From contig MCFH01000001.1 of the NCBI GenBank assembly GCA_002104945.1, positions 2,561,576-2,625,575 of the forward strand: a stretch of DNA of 64,000 nt, written 5' to 3'. How positions within the stretch are numbered: position 1 is the stretch's first letter; every line of letters begins with the position of its first letter. The position numbers were made by a program, and so were the translations under genes. This stretch comes from Piromyces finnis finn. Its lineage: Eukaryota; Fungi; Neocallimastigomycota. Below, one piece after another: positions 22,220-34,693 of the stretch. The notes beneath the pieces were generated by a model. That model was given only the letters and a program-made list of their open reading frames with translations. It was not told the DNA's origin and did not search any database.

Positions 22220-25200
22220 CTCTTTAATTTATTATTATGGCTATAATTTATTTATTACTGTATTACATATTCTTTGTAATACAAGAAATTAGAATTAGTC
22301 ATTTACTTAAAATATATATATTATTCATTATTTTTACATAATTAATTTATTTATTTTATTATTTATTTATTCATTCATTTATATTTATTCCATATTATTT
22401 CACCACAATAGAATAATATTCTCCTTAAAATATTTTTATAATTAATTTAAATATTAAAAAAAAGTGAATTTTGAAATTCTAAAATTAGATAGGAAATTGT
22501 TTTGTATTGTTTTACTACTAATAATAGAGTAATATTACAAAACAGATAATAGCAATAATATTGAATAACGGATAATATTAGATTCATTTCTTTAATAATA
22601 TAGGCACTCTTAATTATGTATATATACAATTTTTTTTTACTTTGCGTTTCTTTTTATTAATTCTATTAACAATATAAAAAAAAACTAAATAGTAACAATG
22701 AATTTAATGCTATATAATTAAACAAAATTAATTTAAAAGATTAATAAAAACACGAAAACCTTTTATAAAAAAACGTATACTAATGCTTTTTTTTTTATTA
22801 TTATTAAAAAAAAGTTCATTATGAATAATTATTTAATGTTTTATATGAAAAGTATATTTATATATTATAATAAATAATTATATTTTTTTTAATAGAATAC
22901 TAACATTATGTTGAAATAAAAGAAAACTTTATGATTACAAAAAAAAAAATACAATAGAATGTTGAAATATATATTAATTTTTTTACATTGCTTTAATCAA
23001 TAAAAAAGAAATCTATAACTTTAATATTGCAATGAACACCTAATATTATTAACCCTTTTAGTTCATGTTTATACTATGTACATTAACAATGATTTGTATT
23101 TACTATGTAATATATAATGTATTTAAAAATTGGAGAAAATTTTAATGTACATATATTTACAAATTCATACAATAATCCATAATGTAATTTAAATAAAAAT
23201 AATTATATGACTAATTATTAAAATTAATATATGAATTAATTACTCATTTTATTTTAAAACCTATAAAAAGAGTGACACTATAGCAAAAAACAAAACAAAA
23301 CCTTTTTTTTTGATGTAATAATGAAATTAGTATAAAATAAACCTACCTTTCTTTTTATTATTTATATTTATTAATGAGTATGAAAACTATTAGATTTTTT
23401 ATTAAAAAAAAAACCATTATTGAATAAGATATAAAATAAAAAATAGTATTATTAATATAAATAAACTTGTGTATTAATATACATATGATATATTTATATA
23501 TTTTATTAATAATTATATAAAACAAAATTATATATATATTTTTTTACTTTTAGTGGATTATCTGTTAGAAAATCATAAAAATGTCATTTTTCAATGTGGT
23601 ACATTTAAACATTTAAACGCTACATTAGTGGTGTGATTCTACTGGTTTTCTATAATTTCTCATTTTTTATGTACTTTAGTATCATATATCTTTTTATATC
23701 ATAGATTTATATGGCATGTATGACAAAAAGAATTCTAATAAAAAAAAGTTTAGAAATCACCACTAAATTATACTTTCATTCAAATAATAATCATGATAAA
23801 AAGGTAGTAGTAATCATCAGTTAAATGTTTTATGCTATACAGACGTCATTGCGGAATAGGGTGCTACTTTAATATTGTTAAGTTTTATTTTACAAGAGGT
23901 TTAAAAAAGATAAAAAAAAAACTAGAGTGGGGGACAAGCAGAAATAGATTAAATACAATGTCAACATATTGCTTCTTTCAGTAGTATAACATGAAAAAAA
24001 CCACCACAAACTAGGATGCGAAAATTACAAAAATAAAAACATTATATTCATTTGCCAAATCATAAAATCTTTTAAAAATAATGAAACATTTGTAAATTAA
24101 AAATAAAGATTTAATTTAAAAAGTCATCCTTAAGATAATATGATTCCCATTTTTATTATATTAACAATACTATTTATAACCAATAAACTCTTAGAATAAC
24201 TCTTTATTTAAATGATGATGTTTTTTTAAAAAATGAGAAAAAGTTTCAAAATAATTTCATCTTTAATTTAATGTCTAACAAATTTCATTATTTAATTATA
24301 TTTATTGTTAAATATATATGAATCTATAATTAATTTATTTATTTATAATACATTATATTTACTAATATTATATTAATTTACCATATTATAATATATTCAT
24401 TTATTAATGTTATATTTAATTTATCTTTTATTATATATTTTTTTTGTTTTATATTAATTTTAAATTAATATGTTATACTAAATAGATTCATCCTACCATG
24501 ATACTTTCTCCATAAATTATGGATAATCTTTTTAATATCTTTATCTTTATTTTTAATTAAAAAAGTATTAAATGTATCAATTTTTTAAATTAATTTTTTT
24601 TAATCTATTGTTTTAAAACACAATGTAAAAGATAATACCAAAATGATATATGAAAAAAAAACAAACAAAAAAAAAGTACCAAAATAAAAAACGGTATATT
24701 TGAAAATTAAAAAAAAAAATGTTTTAAATATAAATTAAATATTAAAAAATAAATAAAGTTGAAATTGGTACAACCTAAAAGTATTATTTTCAATAGGGTT
24801 ATTAAATCATGAAATGATAAATATTTAATATTTTTTTTTATTATATATTTTATATAATACATATAATTTATATGGCTTTTTTAGTATTAAATACTATTTT
24901 TCTATTTATGACATTCATAATCATACTAAATTCAAAAAAAATATATAAATATCTTTTACATAAAAAAAAAAGTAATAAAAATGATACTTTTGTGTAAATC
25001 TTTTATAAAAAAGTGGCGTAATTAAATTTATATAAAGTAAATTACACCCATATAAAACTAATTAAATTAAACTAATAAAAAATGAATCATAAAATATTTA
25101 TTAAATATTACACAAATATTATTAAATAAATTTAATATATAATCATTTAATATAAAATGAACCTAAAAATCTTAATTAATAATATGATTGAATATTACTC

Positions 25201-26914
25201 TAAATATTATATAAACATAAATTAATGTAATATTAGAATAGATTATAATGTAGTTTTTAGTGCATTTTATTTAGTACATTAATGTATTTATTATGTTTTT
25301 ATAAGCATGTGATAAATCAAGGTGTTTATAGTAATTAGAGTATTTAATAAGATAAAAATAAACAAATTTTATAGTTAGATTTTGGTATAAATTAGAAGAA
25401 AATATAGTAAATGAGTCTCTATCTAAGAATATAATAATTAGGAGAAGATATTCTTTCGGTTATATAATATTAAGTATGTATTTTAATCATTTATAAACAA
25501 ATATATAAGTCATCCCACAAATCCTGAGTGTATTGAACCGAGTTGTATCACATTATGCATCATAAATAATTTATTTTTTTTTAAAATAAGTTTAAAATTA
25601 ATGATGCTTAGGATGATGCTAACTAATTTTGTATTATAAAAAGTTTTTGTTCTTAAATTAGACAAAAAAAAAAATTTTTTTTTTTCATTAAAAAAAGAAA
25701 AATAAAAATTAATAGGCTTTATAAAAAAATTTTTATTACCCATTATTATTAGTGATTTCGATTTATTGAGGTAATAAAGAAAAAAGCCAATGAATGATTT
25801 TATAATTTGCTGTTATTATTGTTTTATTATTTGATTTAAAACGTAAATTATTGAAACTTTTATGATTTAGGGGTTTATTTAAGAGTAATTTTTATTGTTA
25901 TGAAAAATGTGCCAATAATGATGCCTTTTACTTATTTGACACTTTTTTGTAACCCATGAACACAAAAATTATTAATTTATCGATAAAAAAAAAAGAAATA
26001 ACAGTTTAAATTGTAATATAATACATTATATTTATAATAAATATACTAATATATACTAGAATAAAATAATAATAAATTAAATTATTTATTCATATTATAA
26101 TGAATATAATGAATTCAATTATTATTTATTTTTTAATAAATTAAAAAATTTAAAAAAAAAAAATGAATAATTAAAAAAGAATATTAAATTTTATATATAT
26201 CAACCTAAATAATGATATATTATCCATATATAATTATAAATATTACTATTAAATCATTATATATATTTTATTATAAATAATTAAATAAAAAAAAAAAACA
26301 TTTGTTGAATGTTTTGAATAAATAAAAATCTTAATAATTATTAATACAAACAAGATTTGTATCAAAATTTCATATTTTTTTTTAAACCACTACTATATAA
26401 TAGTTAGTAGTATAGCTAGTATAGATACTGATATAGATACTAACATACTCTTATAGATACTCATTATAAATACATATTAGTTAAATACAACTTTAATGTT
26501 TAAAATTTAAATTTTATTATTTAAGAAATATTTTTTTTTCTACAAAATATATAATATTAAAGTATTTACCATTTTATACATAGTACATAAATTGAAATAG
26601 ATAAATTAAAAAAATTATAATACTATTATTAATCAAACTTTATATCTTATAAAATAAATTAATAAAAAAAGGGATATTTTTTTGGGTATAAATATCTTTA
26701 AAATTTCCAAAAATTGTTAAAATTTGTTTATTTTCAATATAAGAAAATAGTAATAATATTGTAAATAAATTAATAATAACAACAATTAAAAAATAAAAAG
26801 AATATAATACCTTTTTTTTTTTTTAAAAAAAAATAAATCATCGAAATACTATAATATAATATTTATTATAATTTATCTTTTTTTTAATAGTTGTAAATAA
26901 ATAATTTATTCAAA

Positions 26915-28399
26915 ATGAAGACTTGCGCTATTTTATCACTTGTTGCTTTATTTTTAACTTCAAAGGTTTCAGCTGACTGTTGGTCAGAAAGATTAGGTTG
27001 GCCATGTTGTAGTAACAGTAACGCTGAAGTCGTTTATGTAGATGAAGATGGTGATTGGGGTGTTGAAAACAATGATTGGTGTGGTATCAAGAAGGAACAA
27101 GCTCCATCTAACAATGCTGCCAACGACAACAACAACCCATGGGGTGGTATGGGTAACTGGGGCCAACAAGGTAACCAAGGCGGTAACCCATGGGATCAAG
27201 GTAACCAAGGTGGTAACCAAGGTGGTAATCCATGGGGTAACTTTGATTTCGGTAACATGTGGGGAAATCAAGGTGGTAACAACCAACAACAAGGTAATCA
27301 AGGTGGTAACCCATGGGGTGGTATGGGTAACTGGGGCCAACAAGGTAACCAAGGCGGTAACCCATGGGATCAAGGTAACCAAGGTGGTAACCAAGGTGGT
27401 AATCCATGGGGTAACTTTGATTTCGGTAACATGGGCAACTGGGGTCAAGGTGGTAACCAAGGTGGTAATCCATGGGATCAAGGTAACCAAGGTGGTAACC
27501 AATGGGGTCAACAAGGTGGTAACCAATGGGACCAAGGTAACCAAGGTGGTAACCAAAACAACAACAACGACAACCAAAGCAACAGTTCTCCAAGTATTGA
27601 TTACACTGGTGATGTTGACTGTTCTGGAAAGACTCTCAAGAGCAACACTAACCTTACCATTAACGGTCGTAAGGTAATTGTTAAATTCCCAAGCAACTTC
27701 GGTAGCAAGCCAGCTCCACTTCTTATCAACTTCCACCCAATTATGGGTAGTGCTTCTCAATGGGAAAGTGGTTCTCAAACTGCCAAGGCTGCTCTTAACG
27801 ATGGTGCTGTTGTTGCTTTCATGGATGGTGCTCAAGGTCCAATGGGTCAAGCTTGGAATGTTGGTCCATGCTGTACTGATGCTGATGATGTTCAATACAC
27901 TCGTGCTTTCATTAAGGAAATTACCCAAAAGGCTTGTATTGATCCAAAGCGTATTTACGCTGCTGGTTTCTCCATGGGTGGTGGTATGTCTAACTATGCT
28001 GGTTGTCAACTTGCTGATGTTATTGCCGCTGCTGCTCCATCTGCTTTCGATCTTTCTAAGGAAATCGTTGATGCTGGTAAGTGTAAGCCAGCTCGTCCAT
28101 TCCCAATTCTTAACTTCCGTGGTACTCAAGATAATGTTGTTATGTACAATGGTGGTCTTTCTCAAGTTGTCCAAGGTAAGCCAATTACTTTCTTAGGTGC
28201 TAAGAACAACTTAAAGGAATGGGCTAAAATGAACGGTTGTACCGGTGAACCAAAGCAAAACACTCCAGGAAACAACTGTGAAATGTACGAAAACTGTAGC
28301 GGTGGTGTTAAGGTTGGTCTCTGTACTATTAATGGTGGTGGTCACAATGAAGGTGACGGTAAAATGGGTTGGGACTTCTTAAAGCAATTCACTTTATAA
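26915..28399 (+). CDS. Secreted CE1 feruloyl/acetylxylan esterase with one N-terminal fungal dockerin (CBM10) and a Q/N/G/W-rich linker
   Basis: Signal peptide; [11 protein letters not shown]...[14 protein letters not shown] dockerin; catalytic domain with GFSMGG nucleophile elbow, GTQD and GGGH; strong codon bias of a highly expressed gene. Confidence 0.9.
   Translation: MKTCAILSLVALFLTSKVSADCWSERLGWPCCSNSNAEVVYVDEDGDWGVENNDWCGIKKEQAPSNNAANDNNNPWGGMGNWGQQGNQGGNPWDQGNQGGNQGGNPWGNFDFGNMWGNQGGNNQQQGNQGGNPWGGMGNWGQQGNQGGNPWDQGNQGGNQGGNPWGNFDFGNMGNWGQGGNQGGNPWDQGNQGGNQWGQQGGNQWDQGNQGGNQNNNNDNQSNSSPSIDYTGDVDCSGKTLKSNTNLTINGRKVIVKFPSNFGSKPAPLLINFHPIMGSASQWESGSQTAKAALNDGAVVAFMDGAQGPMGQAWNVGPCCTDADDVQYTRAFIKEITQKACIDPKRIYAAGFSMGGGMSNYAGCQLADVIAAAAPSAFDLSKEIVDAGKCKPARPFPILNFRGTQDNVVMYNGGLSQVVQGKPITFLGAKNNLKEWAKMNGCTGEPKQNTPGNNCEMYENCSGGVKVGLCTINGGGHNEGDGKMGWDFLKQFTL
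27134..27560 (+). repeat. Coding tandem repeats (GNQGGNPW-type units) including a duplicated ~125-nt block
   Basis: [42 protein letters not shown] occurs twice, starting at ~27134 and ~27308. Confidence 0.9.
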
Positions 28400-28956
28400 A
28401 CTGCTTAAATAAAATACTATTCATTTCCCTTTTATTCCAGAAAAAACTATAGTTTTTTAAAAGAAAAATTTCAATAATCAAGTTTTTAATTTATTATTTT
28501 TAAAATATTTTGACATATGATGTATAAATATTTTTAAAATTTAATATATCTTGTGTATATATATATATAAAAAATAAATAATTTAAAAAGAAATAACTAT
28601 TTATTGAAATTTAAAAAACATATATCAGAGATATATAAAAATAATATTTGAAAAAAAAAAAGAAGAGGCTAGAACCTTTTTATTGTAAATATAATTTATT
28701 TAAATATTGAAAAACTTTTTTATTTCCTCTATATTAATAAAAAATTATTTGAAAAAAAAAAAAAAAAATTATTTTAAAAAAGCTTTTGGAATAATTATAA
28801 TTTAGATTTAAAAAAGAAAAAAAAAAATGTCTTTTTAAAAAAAATAGGAAGGAGTGATTTAAATCGATAGAGTAAAAACTAAATTATTTGGTAGAAAAAA
28901 AGGCAAAATAATTTGTTAATGATAATAATAAAAAGGGAATAATTATTTTATGTATA

Positions 28957-29232
28957 CTCATGGTACTGAGAGAGTAGAAAGAATTAAATCCAAGTATTGC
29001 GTAATGGATGCTTGGTGCCCTCTTGGGAACGTGCCTTCATTTATTTAATAAATGGAATTTCTCAAGGGGGTCTACTCATGCTCATGGTACTGAGAGAGTA
29101 GAAAGAATTAAATCCAAGCATTGCGCAATGGATGCTTGGTTAGTCTTTATTTAGAAATATTATTAGGACTAAGCTCATGGTACTGAGCGATTAAAAAACA
29201 TTTATTCATCGAATTTAAGTATTTGATGAATA
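28957..29232 (+). repeat. Hairpin-rich direct repeat: 60-nt unit at 28957-29016 and 29081-29140, partial copy at 29173-29188
   Basis: CTCATGGTACTGAGAGAGTAGAAAGAATTAAATCCAAGYATTGCGYAATGGATGCTTGGT occurs twice with a 124-nt period; several stem-loops. Confidence 0.9.
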
Positions 29233-29772
29233 AGTTGAATGTTTGATATTCAGGTAAGTTTGTATAGTATTTAATTAGAAGAGTAATACATTTTGTTGTA
29301 TTTTTTTCTTTTATTCATGTATTCATGTAGTACTACTCTTCTCTTGTAAGAATCCAATGTAGTCAACTTTAGCATTTGCATTGTATTTTTATATTTATGT
29401 AGCTATTGTTGTATTGTTTCTTGTAAGAGACTGATTCACTCTACATCATGTAAAAATACTATTCACAAGCTTTCTGGTGTCGACATTCTTGATTCAAATT
29501 TTTTACCAATTTAAATATTTAATGAAAAGTAAAGTCAAATAATTTAGTGTCAAAAAGCGAATCGAATTTACTAACAACAAACCAAAACTAGAATTTACAA
29601 AGAAAATTTACAACTTCAATTTCAAAAAAAAAAAAAGAAACTATAATCAAAGCATCGTAACAATTTTTGTACTATCCAGTACTTTTAAGAAGAGAGAGAC
29701 AGATTTTTTTCCATATACGTTATATTTATAATTTTTATTATATTCAATATTTTTTAATTAGAATTAATTATC

Positions 29773-32700
29773 ATGTCAGTCCTTTATATTAAAGAAAAGA
29801 ATTATATCAGACGTGATACCCGCTCTTATGGTATCCCCTTAGATGATATTCGCTCCTTCTTTATCCGTGGTATTCGATCATGGTCAGTAAATATGCTATG
29901 GGAAAAACTCGAGGTTATTCTAGAAGATAAATTTAATTCAGTTATTAGTGTTAAATATTTTCAGACTTTCAATGATCACTTTTTCTTAGTCAAGGTTCAT
30001 GGTTCATCGAAAGATTGTATTAAAATCTTACACATGTTAAAGAAGAAACTTTCAGTTACCTCAATTTCCTTTTCAGCTCGTAGTAGAAGGAATCACAAAT
30101 ACACTTTTTCAACACTCAAACGTAAAATTTTAGTTTCTAATAAACATCAACATTCTATTCAACAATCATTTCAACAATCAGTTCAACAATCTCATCAACA
30201 ATCCGATCTTCAACAAGTTTCCCATCATGAAAATATTCCAGATCTACAACAAACACAATTTCAATCTCAACATTCAACAATTAATTCTAATAGTTCTATC
30301 AACTCTGATAACAGTTCAATGGTTGATAGTTCTTCAGTTTCACAGCTATCTAGTAATAGTCCAACTTATCGGATGCGCCATCCATTAATAATGATAACTT
30401 TAATAATAGCAACGATTCTTCCTCATTCAACAAGCCTGATTACTTTTCTTTTTGTCTTAGTTGGAACACCAATGGGTGGAATCACGAAAAGAGAGATAGT
30501 ATTAGCTATTTCACAGCTACTTTCAAACCATTATTTTTATGTTTCCAAGAAACTGGTAATGGTTCTGGATCGAATACAGAGTATCCTTGTCGTGTTACTT
30601 TACGAAACTATAGGCACTTTTTCAAGAAAGCTGATGAATCAGTTCCTGGAATGAGAGGCTTATATTTAGGTTTTCACAATTCGTGTCAAGCCTCACTTGA
30701 AAACTTCTCTGGAAAGTATATTATTTCTATTTATACTTTTAGTCTTTGGAATAGATTCAAATGCTCGATTGGAAATGTTTATATGCCTCATAGTCATCAC
30801 AACATCTATGTTGATCATGCAAAGTTAGAAGTTCGCTTGTGGTTACAAACTCATTCATCCCATCCATCGATTCTTGTTGGTGATTTTAATATGTCTAAAG
30901 TAAAATTATCCAATTGGTTATCAACTAATGGATTAGGAGATTGGGAAGTTCTTCCGCTTAGAGGGTCGACTATCTCTTGGACTCGAGGTGATCAATCTTC
31001 CGACATTGACCATGCTCTTATCAATTCGAAGATGAAAGATCTTATTCACTCAGGATCATTTATAAATAATTTTTATCCTGTATCAGACCATAAGCCACTT
31101 CTTATTAATGGTAAAATTATTCCTATGGAAGATTTTTCTAATGACTTTAATGTTCCTAAGAAAATTCTGAAATGGAATAGATTAAAATGTATTGAGGAAA
31201 AGGAATCTATTCTCAGTCATAATAAATTCCAAATACTTTCAGCAAAATTCAACGATCCTAATGTTTCTACAGATAAACTTTCCAAAGAGTTTACTTCAAC
31301 TGCTTTTTCAATTGCAGACGAGCTCAGTATTACCTCAGCAAATAATGTTATAAAGTCTTCATTTCATATTTCACAACAAATTTTTAATCTTCAAAAAATC
31401 AAAATGAAGTTGTATAAGAGATTTAAAAAAGAAAGAATTTATGATATAGATGAATTTATTAAAAGAATTAAAATTTACCGTAAGCTCATCGATTACATTC
31501 ACAAAAGATGTAATGAATTTAGGAAACAAGAATATCTTCATTGGATTAAAACAGGATGTGAGTATATGAAGAGTCATAATCCTAAGAAGGCGTGGAAATG
31601 GATCAAGAAAACTGCAAAAATTGGAAAAGATTCTTTCTTTATTGCTCAACCAATTAAAAATAAAAATGGAGAATTAGTTGTTGCTACGGAAGAACAACTA
31701 GAGGTGTGGCATGATCATTTCGAAAATCTTGCATCAGATCCAAGTGGTGTAAGTCTTGATTTGGAGCATTGGTATGAAGAACCAACGAATAAACGTTTTT
31801 CACTTCCTATGCTTGATGAGTGGGATATCAACCAAGATATTAGTATTGATGAAGTCAAGTCAGCTATCCTCTCTACTCCAAATTATAAAGCATCAGGTCC
31901 GGATGGTATTCCAATTGAATTTTACAAAGCATTAATTCCATCAAGTAATGATTCTAATAATGCTACAGATAATAATTCTTCTGGTAATACCACTTCAGAT
32001 AATGATGCTTATGGTTTAAATTTTATTCTTAAATTATTCAACCGTATTTGGGATGGAGACTTCCCAAACTCATGGAATGAATCCAGTATTGTTTCTATTC
32101 CTAAGAAGGGAGATTTGACAGATTGTGATAACTATCGAGGTATATCACTTATCAATAATGGCATTAAGTTGATTTCCAAAATTGTCACCACTAGAATCTC
32201 AGAATATGGTCTAAAGAATAATTTCATTAGACCTGAACAATTTGGTTTTCGAAAAAAGGAAGAAAGTATCAGTCTTTTCATTTCAATCCAAGAAATATGC
32301 CGTAGACGTCAATTAGATAATAAAGAGACATATTTGGCCTTTTTAGATCTCAGGAAAGCATACGATTCAGTCCCAATCGGTAATATTCTCCATAAATTTG
32401 ATTGTTTAGGAATCCGAGGTAAGAGTTTACAATTTATCAAAAATTTATATTTAACATCTAAGGCTAATGTCAAATTAGATGGACAATTCTCGAAATCTTT
32501 TGATGTGAAGAAAGGAGTCCGTCAAGGATGCCCTCTTTCTCCTATTCTCTTTAATCTCTTTATTAATGATATATTTAGAGAGTGCGAAGATCTAGGAGTC
32601 AGTTTAGGTGACACTCGATGCTGTGGTGGACTTTTTGCAGATGATATAGTTATTTGTGCTCCAACAAGAGGATGCTTAAAAAAGATGCTTAGAAGAGTTA

Positions 32701-33443
32701 ATGAATGGGCATTGTATAATGAAATGGAATTTGGTATCCAGAAGTGTTCAACGATGGTGATTCGTCCTGAATCAATAGAAAATCAGAACAAGAGAGATCC
32801 AACATTTTACTTAGCAGGACAACCCATTCCAACTACTGATTGCTATACTTATCTTGGTGTTCCATTTGATAAGAATCTGTCCCTTAAACCAGTAATTAAA
32901 GCTCTTAATAACAAGGTTTTGAAAGGGCTTTTCTCAGTCAGTAAATTCTTAAGAAATCCTAATATTCCTATTCCTTTCAAAAAACTAGTACTTAACTCAC
33001 AAGTGATTAGCAGAGTTTCATACTTTGCACCATTACTTGGATCCAACAAAGCTAGGTCTAGGATTGCTCAGAAGCATGTTAACAAAGGAATACGATGGGT
33101 TGCCGGAGTTCATAAAGCTGTATCGTTTATATCTTTATACTCTATTTCAAAAGATTTGAATATTCCTCCATTGTCAGCCAAATGTGCGTTAGCTCAGGTT
33201 AGATGTTTTAACAAATGGAAAAACTCAAATTGTATTATCTCACACCTTGTCAATTACATTCCTAAATTTAGAAAATCCACGTGGTGCAAATCAAGTAGGA
33301 CACTTGATAAAAAACTAAAGAAACATGGAGATGTTAAAGCAGTTAAAAACTTTTATTGGAAAGATCTCAAAGGGAATTCAATCAAAGCGCAATATTATGA
33401 TGATAATAAATTTATTGAAACTATAGATTTTATTAAATTATGA
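29773..33443 (+). mobile_element. Non-LTR retrotransposon (LINE): N-terminal domain, APE endonuclease and reverse transcriptase; frameshifted near 30360 and apparently 3'-truncated
   Basis: APE motifs LSWNTNG and LCFQET are in the 30651 frame upstream of its Met, followed by LVGDFN, SDIDH, SDHKP. RT motifs KASGPDGIP, NYRGISL, EQFGFR, FLDLRKAYD, GVRQGCPLSP, FADD, YLG. Confidence 0.93.
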
Positions 33444-34693
33444 TTGACTATAACCCTAAAAAAAAAGTAAAAAAGAAATAACAATTTTTTTTTCATAGTT
33501 TTATTATTTTTCTTTAAAGTTAATAAACCACTAGTTTGCAATTTCAATATCATTTACTATTAAAAATTGCTATACAATATAAAGAATATTTGATAAATAA
33601 TGAGATATTACCCTTAATATTTTCTTAAAATTATTGAAAAAGTATTTTTCATTTTTTTTATACAAAAGAGATTATATAAAAAAATATATATATATAAAAA
33701 ATGAATTATTGAATATATGTAAATATATGAATGTGATGATATAATTAAGAGTATTACAATTTATTGTAAGAGTTTGTTTTTTTTTCTACAAGAACTACAT
33801 GAAAAGAAATAAAAAAATAATAGGATAATGTGTATAGGGATTTAAGATATAGTTAAATAGAAATTACCAAAAAAAAAAAAAAAAAAAATTTTTTTTCTTT
33901 TAATTATTCTTTTTTTAATTGAAGTATTATTTTATCACAACAAAAAATATTTTATTTTTATAATATTATATTATATATTTATATATTAATATAAATATTT
34001 TTTTTCCTAATTATATATTAATACTGAATATCATGAAAAATCTTGAATCTATTTATTATATTTGAATTTATTATTAGTAGTAGTGGTATTGTTATATTGA
34101 TTCCTCATTTAAAATCTTTCAAAACTCTAATGGAAATAAATATTTTTATTTTAGGAAAAATTCTTTTATTTTATATATATTTAATCTTTTTTTTATAGCA
34201 TAATCATTATCAATAGTTATATTGGATTTATTTATTTATTTATTTATTAATTATAAAAACATTTATTTAATTAAATAAAGAAATGTTAATGCTTTCATTA
34301 CTAATTCAGTAAATCAATATTTACATAAAAATATAAAAGAAAAAAAAAAAAGTATAAAAAATTACTCTTTTCAATTCTTATTTCTTATTTTATTTTATTT
34401 ATTTTTTAAAAAAATAATGAACATTCCATAAAATAAAATAAATATTTCATAAAAGTAAAAAACATATTCTAATAGTTACTTTTAATTATTTTATTATTTT
34501 TTATTTAAATTCATTACGTTTATTTTATTTATATACATACCATTTTACGAATTTTGATTGATTTATTTATGTCTATTGGTAAAAAAAAAAAAAAAAAAAA
34601 CATCTAATATTTTATAATATTTAAAATTATAATAGTAATAATTATTATAATAACTATTATTATTATTATAAAATATTTCTATTAAATAATGTT

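Noticed and set aside
26993-28196. Long antisense and alternative-frame ORFs (393, 211, 161 and 172 aa) over the esterase
   Set aside because: Shadow ORFs caused by strong codon bias and the repeat linker; no independent motifs.
28957-29190. CRISPR-like array or hammerhead/HDV ribozyme
   Set aside because: Only two full 60-nt units in a eukaryote with no cas genes. CTGAGAGA..GAAA does not match the CUGANGA core with proper stems, and the HDV P1/P3/P1.1 order could not be built.
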